Below are positions 43,593 through 53,449 of a DNA stretch of 64,000 bases, one piece after another. How positions within the stretch are numbered: position 1 is the first letter of the stretch; every line of letters begins with the position of its first letter. Location: sequence record DRR723986_1789. One strand, given 5' to 3'. The notes below the pieces were generated by a model. That model had not been told where the DNA came from, ran no database searches, and saw nothing but the letters and a program-made list of their open reading frames with translations. The position numbers and the translations under genes were made by a program.

Positions 43593-46500
43593 TCATCGAG
43601 CGATTGAAATTGCTCGGTTTGAACTCGTTCCCCTCAGCTCATCGGCATACATGCATTTCACAGAAGCTGGAGGTGCAGAGAACTTTCCTGGCGTCTCTGT
43701 TCGCAACTGATAACGCAGCGAGTAGTTGCCCTGTGGAAGACGGCTGCAGAACATGGCGACATGATCATTGCGCAGTTCCTTGTACAGCATCAGCCCACCA
43801 GAATACGCGTAGCCACTATTGGATGCGGTCACCTCGAGACCAGCGGGCTTATTGTCGCGAATCATGATGTATTCGTAGTCGTTCTTGCTCTGGACAAGCA
43901 GTTCGACCTCGATCATGGTTCCGCTCGGGAGCTCTTCGCCAACCTTAATTGGAACCCGCTTCAACTGCCGCTGCTCAACGGACGTTGCCCTGCCGCTGCC
44001 GTCGGGAGCATCGACATCACGCACTTGCGGTACAAGTTTGTAGTACTTACGTTCAATCTCTAGCTCCAATCCCGAAGCAGCGATTTGCTCCTGCTGCGTG
44101 AAGTTCGTCAGGTACACACTGTAGTAGAGATTGGAGTTTCCTGTTCGCTTGATTGTTATCTCGTGCTGCCCACTGGGAACTGCATCAGCCTCGAATACCA
44201 GCGTGTTTTCTGTGGTGAACAAATTGTCGCCAGTGAACTGCACTTCGCCTAGGCGTTTTTCGCCCAAGTGAACCGTGACGGTCGTGGGTTCGGAGCCCTC
44301 GCCAGTGGCAGCGATAAAGTCAGCCATCGCTTCGACGGCAAGTGCTGTAGCACGCGTGCTGTTCCAGTACGTTGCGTTGCGTCGGTTGTTCAGCAGGAAC
44401 TTGACAACGCGGCTTGCCTTCGCGCTTCGAGGTGCCACTCTGGCCAGCAACTTCAGGTACATCGCATTGGCTTCGATGTTACTTCCATACCAATACCAGT
44501 AGGGAGCTGGCCCCTTCAGGAATGCAGTTTCGTTCTCGGCGTCTTGCACCAAGTACTGTTCAATGTTCTTTCGAAGCACTGACAACTGTTGCTGGTTGTT
44601 CGTTTCCAACGCGGTGAGCGCCAAGAGCACCTTCCCGTAAACACTTAGGTTCTCACGCCCGTCGAAAACAAGTCTCTGCAGTTCAGGTGAACGCTTCTTA
44701 CCAACCGACAGCGTATAGAGTGCAAGAGCGTCCGCATTATTTGCTCTGCCAGGTGCCGACTCGCGAGTGATTTGTTGAACGCGCTGTTGGCAGTGCCGTT
44801 CAATCCAGGCCATCCCCCGAGTGATCGTGTCTGGGACCACGGCAACCCCATTCTGCTGTGCAACGACAAGCCCTCGGAGTGCTGTTGCAGTTGTATGTAA
44901 ACTGCTTCGTTCCTGTCCGCCGGAGAACCAACCCCATCCACCATCATTAAGCTGCATGTTGGTCAGCTTCTTCAGCCCTTCATCGACAACTTCAGCTAGG
45001 CGGTCTTCATCAAACACTGGATTGCGAGCAGCCTCGGTCGGCGAGCGTCCATCAGTGATCCGTTGCGTGTTCAAGTTGCTGCGATGAGCCTCAACGCTGG
45101 CCAGATCGACATTCAGTTGCTTCAAAGTGCGTTGCGTGATGATTGCTGGCAGAAACCGGTTCAGCGTTTGCTCAGTGCAACCGTAGGGAAATTCAATCAA
45201 ATACGGCAACGAATCAACCATTGCCATTGCCAGCGACGGGCTGACTTTGACTACCAAGCGACTTTGCTCAACCTTCCGATCGGTGGGCACGTGGATTTTA
45301 ACCGTCGATTCGTTTTGCTTACCACGAATCGTCCCCACGAAGGCATCGGTCTTCAAGGCGCCGTAAACATTGATTGGCAACTTCAGTTGTGTTCCGTCGC
45401 TACCCAAGCTTCCCGCTGCTCGCACTGTCAGTGTTACCTCGCCAGCGGCAATTGCCTGCACGTTCCATTGCACTCGAGATTCGCCGTTTGCAGGGACCTC
45501 GATCACCGATTGAGATGGATCAATCCTTCGCAATTGAGTTTCACCATCGATCTGCAAGTCTAGGGTGATAGACTGTGCAGAATCAAAATCATTCCTGACG
45601 ATTGCGGCAACGGTTGCGATGTCGTTTTCAACAAGGAACCTCGGAGCAGCAAGACGAACAGATAGCGGCTTGCTGGTCGTGGCTGTCGTCTCACCGCTGC
45701 CGACACGGACGTCGGCGTCCATCGTCCACGATTTAACTCGCCAACTGGTTAGATTCTCCGGCATTGTGAATGTGTAGGACGCTTTTCCGCTCTGGTCCAA
45801 CTGCACGTTCGCAACCCAAACCGCAGCATCGGCAAAGTTCTTTCGCACTTGCACCGGTGGCTGAGCGGTTTGCCCACGTCCACTGCTGCGGGCCATTTTC
45901 GCACCGAATCCACCACCGCCCATGCCAGCGGGTGCCATAGCTGACTGGGAAGCACCTGCCGCGAAGGCGTCTGAAGCCAACGCTGCCGGCGCACCGCCAA
46001 AGGCCATCTCCATGATGTCGCCACCAGGACCACTTGACTGATCATCAGCGGTCGACCAACCAAACACACCTAGCGACCGCCATTGAGCTACTCCCTGCAT
46101 CGAAATAGCGTATAGCAATTGCCGTCTTGAATCGGTCATGCTCGACGCGTGGTGGCGCAGAAGCTTCCAAAACGCGATCTTGATATCTTCAGGGAGGACA
46201 TCGCTGGCAAGAGCTTCCAACGATCGGTCATAAACGGCCAGAACCGACGTTCCAGCGACGGGACGCCCAAGATCATCAGTGACCTGGATCTGTGCCGTAG
46301 CTTCTTCACCAGGTTGATACTCTTCTTTATCCAGCACAACGGTAGTGTTCAATAGCTGCTGCGCTGGCGGCACGAACACTTGTCGTGTCGACTTATGCAC
46401 CTGACCGCTATGGACCGTGACGGCTTCAACAAAGAAGTTGGGCATGTCGCCGGAGTCAATCTTGATCGGCACGACGGTTGACTTCCCGTCGAGCTCAATC

Positions 46501-49500
46501 CATTTGACTTCTGGGTAGACACCACCGCTCGGACGGACGAATAGTGCTACCCTAGCACCAGCGTAATCCGATGCAACTAACAGATTGACAGTCTCGCCTG
46601 GCGCGTACTCGTTCTTGTCGGGAGTAAGCTCAAGCGCTGAGTAGCGGAAACTGTCAGAACTGGCCGTGGCATTACCGCGGACGGTGAAAATATGCCCTCC
46701 GGAAACAACCTGGTTCTGACCATCGCGCAGTCGAAGCTCGGCGCGATACTGCCCGCCCTCAGCCAAGAGGCCTTCGTATTGAAATCTTCCCTCCGCATCC
46801 GTGGCTGCATCGATGGTAAAGACGCTGCGTTCCTTGACTTTCGGTTCGCCATCGTCGGAAGGCTCGAAACTCAGGCGAAACAACTCCAGTGTTCCTGCCG
46901 CCTGAACCGGTGCACCAGATAGCTGCCGGGCTTGGAAGTCTAGACCAATCTTTTCACCCGCTCGATAGTAGCCCTTGTTTCCCCAGGCGTAGACCTTGAA
47001 TGGCGTTCGAGCCGCAATGATCTCGCCGGTCGCGGTTTGAACTCTACGCGATGCATCGGTTACGTTTACGGTAACCCTGTACTGGTGGTCAATGTCGGGT
47101 TGAAACGCCTTGGCATCCGCAGAGTCAATTTCGATTTGTGCTTTGCCGTTTTCGTCTAGCGTTACGGTTTTCTCGGAGACCAATTCGGCTGGTGCAAATC
47201 GACGGGGCGTCGGACCTGGTGCAGGCATGCAACCACGCCATAAGTCGATGGTGGGATGCCAATTCCATTCGCCGCCGGTCCACCAGTAGCCGTTGCCGTA
47301 GAACCAGTCGTAGGGCATCACCGGGTAGAAATCTTCCTGATACGCAGAACGCTCGATGCGAATGACGGCTTTACCTCCCGCAACCGGAGCTCCAAAGTAG
47401 TACTTGGCCTGCACTGAAGCTTGAATGGTTTCACCCAACGCGGCGGGTTTCGTTGGCGCGTCGATGGTCACCTCGAATTCAGGCTTTCGATACTCTTCGA
47501 CTCGAAACTGAAAATTGCTGGCAAGCCCTACGCGTCGCTGCCCATTGTTTGCGGTTACCGCCAGATAGTATCGCCCGAGCGTTGCTTCAGACGACAGATC
47601 AACTTCGAAGTCGGTGCCACCGCTGGCATCCGTCCTGAGGTCGTACTTCTGCATGGCAGTGCCTTTAGGATCAATTACTTGCACCACAACCGACGAATCG
47701 GCCAGTGCACTCGGATCCAGGTCACCGTAGCCGCTGCGAGCAAGCCATAGCTTTACTTTGACCTTCTCGCCCGGCTTGTAGATTGGCCGATCAGATACGG
47801 CATAGGCTTTATACTGCTGCAAGTTGTTCCGCGAATGGCCTTGCCAGTACCGTTGGGCTCCCAAAATGGTAATGCTGCGTTGGCCGTCCTCCTTTTCCCG
47901 GCGCACCAGCGTCACCCAGTTCAATTCCCGATCCAACTGCACGGTAGCTGTTCCCGTCGCGTCGGTTCGGCGAGCAAAATTGGAGGTCGTGTAAGCTCGT
48001 TGTCTCTGTCGTTTGTTGCCGTAACCGAAGTACTCAACATTCGCCGAGCTGACGGGTGCACCGGTTTCCAGGTCACTGGCCATGAGCGTGCTGCCGCCTT
48101 TAACGCGCGTTTGCACTAGTGCCGTATCCTCCACCCAGACAACCGTCCTGGCGAGACTCTCATCGCCAGCGGTGACGTCAACCAAGTAGGCTCCAGGCGC
48201 GAGTTCAGGGCCAGCAACTTCGTCACGCCGATCCCAATGATGCGGCCGCTGCTTGATGTTCTGCTCCCAGCTTACGGTTGATTCTGTCAGGAATTCCTTG
48301 ACGATCCGAGTTCTGAATAGCCGCGATGGATCGTTGGGCTGGATCCGTGACTGCACAATCAACTCCAAGGCAGGCTCACGCTCGTTGGGAAGCTTGCCAT
48401 TTCCACGTTCAAGCAATCTGTGATAGCTTTTCCAGGTCGTAAGCAGTCGCTCGAGATCGATCTGAGTAGCGGTAAATCGCAGCGAATCGGCGTTCCGGCT
48501 TACAACGCTTAACTGAATCGGATCGCCGGCCAGCAGTTTTGGAGTGTAGTCAAACTTGAGGCGAGGCTGGCGAATCGAATCGACCAATTCGCGACGAGAC
48601 TTCCGACTATCATCACCAAACACTTCGATTTCTTTTTCGATCTGCTGAGCAGCCTTCTCGTACTGTCGCCGATTCAGAAATGCTTGGGTGAGCTGCAGCA
48701 TCGCACTTCGGCGCGTTGCGGAACTGTTGTCTTGCTGCGCGATCCGTTGCCACAGTCTGATATGGCAGTAATCATCGTCGAGTTCGAACCGCTTGATTCC
48801 AGTCGCAAGTTTGGCGATAGTTTCATTGTCAGCAAGGGTGTGCACCTGAATGCGCCCCTCAAGTTGTTCACTCGAGCTGGCATTTTGAAGCATCCATGAA
48901 TATTCGCGAATCGAGGCAACGGAAAAAGTTGTCGAAAGGTGATTAGCCCATACTAAATCGGCGCGGTCTCGATAGTCATCGACGTTGCCAGCTTGAGCAA
49001 AGCAGAAGCGAATGCGTTGCCCATCGGAAACAGACGCCGCCCAAGAGTCAGGAATGTCATAGAGGTACGGACGCTCACCGGAATCGTCGGCCGGCGGAGA
49101 ATTCGGTGTGGCTACAGGGGACGCATCCAGCTCGGCATAGTTGGGCGGATCGAGCGAGGTTAATTCTTGAAGTCGCCAGGCGTAGGCACCATCCCGGCCA
49201 TAGAGCAGCGTCTTACCCAGGCTAAGCTGCATGGCGGCCAGTTGTTCTGGAGAAACATCTCGTGCTTCGAGGAGCTCAATTGCACGACGCCGCAGCGCAA
49301 CAGCTTGGCTTCGATCTTGATCCGCAACGTTGACGCCGCTTCCAACCCAGCCACCACGCCCGCCATAACCTCGCGCGTAACCACGAACGAATTTGCCACC
49401 GGCGACCGTTCCGTAGGAGTTACAACGCAAGTAAATTCCAGCGGCGGCATCGAGCACCGTGGGCTTGTCGGCGTGCTGCTTCAACGCCGTCCGCAGCACT

Positions 49501-49865
49501 GTATCGATAGTGGATTGATCGCCCAGGCGTCGCAGGCACTGCTCGGCCTGCGTCAGGCATCGGGCGGCCAATTCTTCCTGCATGCCCGCATCGGATAGCA
49601 GCTTGCGATATTGTCGTAACGCGTCTTTCCAGTTCTGCTGCGCAAACGCAGCATCTGCTGATTCAATCGTTGGCACTTGCTGGGTCGAAAGAACACTAAA
49701 CTGATCCGGAATGACGAAAATGCCAAGCAAGAGCAGCCCGGCAAGGAGCACTGGCAGCATGGGGAGCCGACTCATCCCTGGGCGTATTGCTGTGCGACAG
49801 TTCATCGAATTCCGCTTTCCACTGGCGCGCGTGTTGTCAGGCATCTTGAATCGCAGCAACGTCAT
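43593..49865 (-). CDS. Bacterial alpha-2-macroglobulin with N-terminal TPR-like region
   Basis: SDRPIYKPGE (MG2), VEEYRKPEF, VRKNFAD, MPENLTSW, thioester motif PYGCTEQ, Q..DGGWGWF and C-terminal PA....MY. Start uncertain (49775-50063). Confidence 0.93.
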   Translation of the reverse strand: MTLLRFKMPDNTRASGKRNSMNCRTAIRPGMSRLPMLPVLLAGLLLLGIFVIPDQFSVLSTQQVPTIESADAAFAQQNWKDALRQYRKLLSDAGMQEELAARCLTQAEQCLRRLGDQSTIDTVLRTALKQHADKPTVLDAAAGIYLRCNSYGTVAGGKFVRGYARGYGGRGGWVGSGVNVADQDRSQAVALRRRAIELLEARDVSPEQLAAMQLSLGKTLLYGRDGAYAWRLQELTSLDPPNYAELDASPVATPNSPPADDSGERPYLYDIPDSWAASVSDGQRIRFCFAQAGNVDDYRDRADLVWANHLSTTFSVASIREYSWMLQNASSSEQLEGRIQVHTLADNETIAKLATGIKRFELDDDYCHIRLWQRIAQQDNSSATRRSAMLQLTQAFLNRRQYEKAAQQIEKEIEVFGDDSRKSRRELVDSIRQPRLKFDYTPKLLAGDPIQLSVVSRNADSLRFTATQIDLERLLTTWKSYHRLLERGNGKLPNEREPALELIVQSRIQPNDPSRLFRTRIVKEFLTESTVSWEQNIKQRPHHWDRRDEVAGPELAPGAYLVDVTAGDESLARTVVWVEDTALVQTRVKGGSTLMASDLETGAPVSSANVEYFGYGNKRQRQRAYTTSNFARRTDATGTATVQLDRELNWVTLVRREKEDGQRSITILGAQRYWQGHSRNNLQQYKAYAVSDRPIYKPGEKVKVKLWLARSGYGDLDPSALADSSVVVQVIDPKGTAMQKYDLRTDASGGTDFEVDLSSEATLGRYYLAVTANNGQRRVGLASNFQFRVEEYRKPEFEVTIDAPTKPAALGETIQASVQAKYYFGAPVAGGKAVIRIERSAYQEDFYPVMPYDWFYGNGYWWTGGEWNWHPTIDLWRGCMPAPGPTPRRFAPAELVSEKTVTLDENGKAQIEIDSADAKAFQPDIDHQYRVTVNVTDASRRVQTATGEIIAARTPFKVYAWGNKGYYRAGEKIGLDFQARQLSGAPVQAAGTLELFRLSFEPSDDGEPKVKERSVFTIDAATDAEGRFQYEGLLAEGGQYRAELRLRDGQNQVVSGGHIFTVRGNATASSDSFRYSALELTPDKNEYAPGETVNLLVASDYAGARVALFVRPSGGVYPEVKWIELDGKSTVVPIKIDSGDMPNFFVEAVTVHSGQVHKSTRQVFVPPAQQLLNTTVVLDKEEYQPGEEATAQIQVTDDLGRPVAGTSVLAVYDRSLEALASDVLPEDIKIAFWKLLRHHASSMTDSRRQLLYAISMQGVAQWRSLGVFGWSTADDQSSGPGGDIMEMAFGGAPAALASDAFAAGASQSAMAPAGMGGGGFGAKMARSSGRGQTAQPPVQVRKNFADAAVWVANVQLDQSGKASYTFTMPENLTSWRVKSWTMDADVRVGSGETTATTSKPLSVRLAAPRFLVENDIATVAAIVRNDFDSAQSITLDLQIDGETQLRRIDPSQSVIEVPANGESRVQWNVQAIAAGEVTLTVRAAGSLGSDGTQLKLPINVYGALKTDAFVGTIRGKQNESTVKIHVPTDRKVEQSRLVVKVSPSLAMAMVDSLPYLIEFPYGCTEQTLNRFLPAIITQRTLKQLNVDLASVEAHRSNLNTQRITDGRSPTEAARNPVFDEDRLAEVVDEGLKKLTNMQLNDGGWGWFSGGQERSSLHTTATALRGLVVAQQNGVAVVPDTITRGMAWIERHCQQRVQQITRESAPGRANNADALALYTLSVGKKRSPELQRLVFDGRENLSVYGKVLLALTALETNNQQQLSVLRKNIEQYLVQDAENETAFLKGPAPYWYWYGSNIEANAMYLKLLARVAPRSAKASRVVKFLLNNRRNATYWNSTRATALAVEAMADFIAATGEGSEPTTVTVHLGEKRLGEVQFTGDNLFTTENTLVFEADAVPSGQHEITIKRTGNSNLYYSVYLTNFTQQEQIAASGLELEIERKYYKLVPQVRDVDAPDGSGRATSVEQRQLKRVPIKVGEELPSGTMIEVELLVQSKNDYEYIMIRDNKPAGLEVTASNSGYAYSGGLMLYKELRNDHVAMFCSRLPQGNYSLRYQLRTETPGKFSAPPASVKCMYADELRGTSSNRAISIAR

Positions 49866-50189
49866 ATCATCGAATCCTTCAGCTCGGGTGCACAGCAATG
49901 TGCGATAGGTTGTGCATCGAGAGTCATACATAAAACTAGGCGCACGAGGTGTAACTGACCTTGGCTCGACATCAGTCGTCAAGCCGCACGGTACAGGATG
50001 GCACAGTGCGGAATGCAGGGTGCAGGATGGCCCATAGAACGCTTCTTCATTGCCAAGTAGCATCAGGAGACGCGTGTCATGCTAACGTAGCAACCTTGAT
50101 AGTAGGTCAGACGCTCGCCGGGAAAACTGGGTTCCAGAATTCTGCGCACGCTATGATTTTCTTCCCGATTTCCGCATCTATAGCCCGAG

Positions 50190-50672
50190 CTACTCCATGC
50201 GGAATCGCTCGTCAGTCTCGGAACTTCGGGATGTCAAACGCGCAAGGTAATTGATCGCCATGTGGATGAAGGCCACCAACAGCCCGAAGCCTAGCGGGGC
50301 GGCGTAGAGCGCTAAAGCAAAATAGAGTTGGTGCTTGCGAGAATCTTCGGCCGTGCTTTTTACGCTGATGCCCAGCCAATTACTGAGCTCACCCGAGAAC
50401 TCAGGAATGTTCAACGCCAAACGGAAGAGCCCGGCAATTCCGGCGGCCAGGAACATGAACAGCAGCAAGAGCACAACGGTAAATGTCATCCGAACCGGTT
50501 CGACATCCATAAACGGCGATGCGGAAACAGGCTGAGACGAGGGGCTGCCGGGGCGAGCGCGTCGTGGTCGATTGACTTCAATTTTGTTTCTAGACAACGA
50601 TTGCCACCTGTCGCACTTTGAAGATCTAGTCACCGCTGGAGACCTAAGCAGCCCTTCTGAGTGCGAAATCAA
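50190..50672 (-). CDS. Hypothetical two-TM membrane protein
   Basis: Two clear hydrophobic helices. The true start is probably downstream of 50672. Confidence 0.6.
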   Translation of the reverse strand: MISHSEGLLRSPAVTRSSKCDRWQSLSRNKIEVNRPRRARPGSPSSQPVSASPFMDVEPVRMTFTVVLLLLFMFLAAGIAGLFRLALNIPEFSGELSNWLGISVKSTAEDSRKHQLYFALALYAAPLGFGLLVAFIHMAINYLARLTSRSSETDERFRME

Positions 50673-51258
50673 TCGCTGGGCATGCCAATTTCAGCAAGCT
50701 CTTTCCTGGACAGTCTACCAGACGCTCCTTCTCGCGAGAAACACCGCGTGACCAAAGGTTGGTGAAAGGCGCGGATAGTTTTGAAGCCGAGCCAGGCTGA
50801 CTATCGACTGCTGACTGTCGAATGGCCGAACGCCGCAGTTAGTCGCGATGCCCGCAATTCATCGGCACATACGGGGCTACTCAAGGCACAAATTGCTTGC
50901 CCAGCGGAGGGGCGGGGAACACTGGCAAGATGTCACACGCATGCGAAAATAGGCAAAATGGGGCGCGTTTCATATCGATAATCAAACCGGCTGGCCCAAT
51001 ATTGCAGCTTTTCCCGATTGGAAGCTCTGCACGCTGACGATTCGAGAGTCTGTCGAACATGCTTGGTCTGCATCCCGCTGCGAACCAAGTTGGCGACGCG
51101 AGAATCCGACACAAAGCCTGCAGAGAACGTGCCATCACCCGTCGCTCTCAAATGAGCCTGGCGGGAGTCCAGGTCGGACAATCGTAAAGACCTAACGACT
51201 TGATGAATTAACCCGTGCGCCTCGCTTTGGCAGGCCGCCTGCGTAAAGGAAGACGCTG

Positions 51259-51555
51259 ATGAAACGAGTATTGATGGGCATGACCCTCGCCTTCACCTTG
51301 GTCGCAAGCACCGGGTGCAACCTGTTGGATCGACGCAACTGCAATTCCTGCAACGGCAACCTCGGCTGCCGTCCTTGCAAGATTGGTTGGCAGCGCGGCG
51401 GAACCGACTACCAACGATTCCTCGGTCAAAACGGTGGTCCCGCTGGTGGACACGGAGCCGGCGGAGCACAAACGGCTCAAGTCGCGTACCCTTACTACAC
51501 GACTCGCGGCCCCCGCGACTTCCTGATGGACAATCCTCCATCGATCGGCCAATAG
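51259..51555 (+). CDS. Small Cys-rich lipoprotein with YPYYTTRGPRDFL C-terminal motif
   Basis: AAGGA SD, signal with lipobox STGC, two CxxC motifs and a Gly-rich linker. Confidence 0.8.
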   Translation: MKRVLMGMTLAFTLVASTGCNLLDRRNCNSCNGNLGCRPCKIGWQRGGTDYQRFLGQNGGPAGGHGAGGAQTAQVAYPYYTTRGPRDFLMDNPPSIGQ

Positions 51556-51787
51556 GCCCACAATCAAACCGTCAGACGTGACGGGAAACGAACAGCACGA
51601 CGAGCCGAGCATATATTGCTCGGCTCGTTTTCGTTTATCACATGGGGATGAACAGGGCGACCTCTCGAATGGTCGCCGGAGTGTTCAGCGCGACTTTCGG
51701 AGGTACAATCCGACCGCAATCCGCCGGACGACACGACGGCGAGCCACGCGCACTTCCCCCGCAGCAATCAACGACAAGGGCAACACC

Positions 51788-52504
51788 ATGAGCAGCAAAC
51801 AGAGTCTTCGGCCGGTCAAGATCAAGCGAAAATTCACCCGCTCAAGTCCAGGGAGTGTGCTTTACCAATGTGGTGAGACCATCGTACTTTGCACGGCTAG
51901 CATTGAATCGAAGGTGCCGCACTGGCTGGAAGGCAGCGGAAAGGGCTGGGTGACCGCCGAGTACAACATGTTGCCTCATAGTACGAATCGCCGCAAGAAG
52001 CGTGACCGTGGCGGCAAAGTGGACGGACGAACGACCGAAATCCAGCGGTTGATCGGACGAAGCTTGAGGGCCATCATCGATTTGGAAATGCTCGGTGAAC
52101 GCATGGTGACCGTTGACTGCGACGTGCTGCAAGCGGACGGCGGGACCAGAACAGCAAGCATTACCGGAGGCTTCCTTGCCCTGGCGGATGCTCTCTACCC
52201 AGAATTCAAGAAGGTTCCACCAAGCCAGCATCCGCTGCGTGATAATGTGGCTGCGATTAGCGTTGGCATCGTAGGTGGCAAGCCGACGTTGGACCTGGAT
52301 TACGAAAAGGACTTTGCGGCGGCGGTCGACATGAACGTCGTCATGACCGGCAGCGGGAAGTTCATTGAAATCCAAGGCACCGGAGAAGAGGCGACTTTTG
52401 ATGATTCCGAACTCGCCGCGCTCTTGAAACTGGCCAAGGCTGGAATCAAAGAACTCACCGAACTTCAACAGCGCTCGCTCGGCAAACAATGGCCACTTGC
52501 CTAA
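51788..52504 (+). CDS. rph: Ribonuclease PH
   Basis: GWVTAEYNMLP, GRTTEIQRLIGRSLR, DCDVLQADGGTRTASITG, DMNVVM and EIQGTGE. Confidence 0.97.
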   Translation: MSSKQSLRPVKIKRKFTRSSPGSVLYQCGETIVLCTASIESKVPHWLEGSGKGWVTAEYNMLPHSTNRRKKRDRGGKVDGRTTEIQRLIGRSLRAIIDLEMLGERMVTVDCDVLQADGGTRTASITGGFLALADALYPEFKKVPPSQHPLRDNVAAISVGIVGGKPTLDLDYEKDFAAAVDMNVVMTGSGKFIEIQGTGEEATFDDSELAALLKLAKAGIKELTELQQRSLGKQWPLA

Positions 52505-52566
52505 GGTGATCGCACTCCGGCTCCGGCGCACTGTAGTGTGTCGCAAGCCTTAAGCCCGGCGACAAT

Positions 52567-53025
52567 TCATTCCGCGGGAAGCTCATCGGACTGCGACTGA
52601 AAGTATCGCATGAGTATGGCGTTGGGACCGTCTTCGAATTGCGGTGCGAAGAAAGATGTCGATCCCAGCACATCGAATTGCGGATCGACCGCTCCCCGGG
52701 CAAGCTGCCGCAGCTCATTGGGCTGAGCCGTGAAGTCGATCCAGATATGCTGCTGGAATCGTTCAAAATTCCAGCCGGACACGCGGCTGCCACCGTCGAG
52801 AAAGTAGGGCTCTAAGTCGTCCCAAGTCTCTGGCCAGTGGCCGTCATGATCGTCCATATGGCTGATTAGCATTTCTGCCGCGCCCCATTGGGCGTAGGCA
52901 TCGTCCAGCCGCTGGATCGTCAAAGCAAAACAGACTGCTACAAAAATGAACGCGGCGCCCAAAAGGCACGCCGCGCCAAGAAGTACTCGTCGCAACAAAA
53001 GCCTAAATCCTGTTTGCCGGCGCAT
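52567..53025 (-). CDS. Hypothetical membrane-anchored protein
   Basis: N-terminal TM helix followed by a G.WP..W.DL motif, 152 aa. Confidence 0.6.
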   Translation of the reverse strand: MRRQTGFRLLLRRVLLGAACLLGAAFIFVAVCFALTIQRLDDAYAQWGAAEMLISHMDDHDGHWPETWDDLEPYFLDGGSRVSGWNFERFQQHIWIDFTAQPNELRQLARGAVDPQFDVLGSTSFFAPQFEDGPNAILMRYFQSQSDELPAE

Positions 53026-53070
53026 TGACGCGCTGAGATGCTCGGTTGCGTTTGGACAAGATCGTCGATC

Positions 53071-53289
53071 TTAGAAGGTTTCGCTGTCAACGATTGCAGC
53101 GACATGGTCTTCGGTGTCTTTCTTTGCACCAGGAACGACCGGAGTGATGTTCACTTTGCTTCGCTTCAGTTCCTCAATCTGACTCGCCATGCGTTGGATC
53201 AGGTTGGCGATTTCCGCGCCGGCTTCTTCGCCAACGTGGACTTGCAGCGCTTTTCGCGCACTGTAGCTGAGGCCAAGATTCGTGCTCAT
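53071..53289 (-). CDS. Small hypothetical protein (72 aa, helical/coiled coil)
   Basis: GGAG SD before ATG 53289; MSTNLGLSYSARKALQVHVGEEAGAEIANLIQRMASQIEELK. Confidence 0.65.
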   Translation of the reverse strand: MSTNLGLSYSARKALQVHVGEEAGAEIANLIQRMASQIEELKRSKVNITPVVPGAKKDTEDHVAAIVDSETF

Positions 53290-53449
53290 ACAATTTCTCC
53301 AGATGTGATAAGACGCTCTTTCGGGGCGAGCGAGTTCAGGGGGTGTTCGTATCCGGCAGTGCCGGAGGGAATCCATTCGGCAGCACCCAAGAGCGAGTGT
53401 CTTGAGGGCCAGTGCTGTTTGACGGGATCATCCCAGAGCGAGTTCCAGT

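Noticed and set aside
50992-51006. Sigma54 promoter (TGGCCCAATATTGCA) upstream of the small lipoprotein
   Set aside because: GG-to-GC spacing is 9 bp rather than the required 10.
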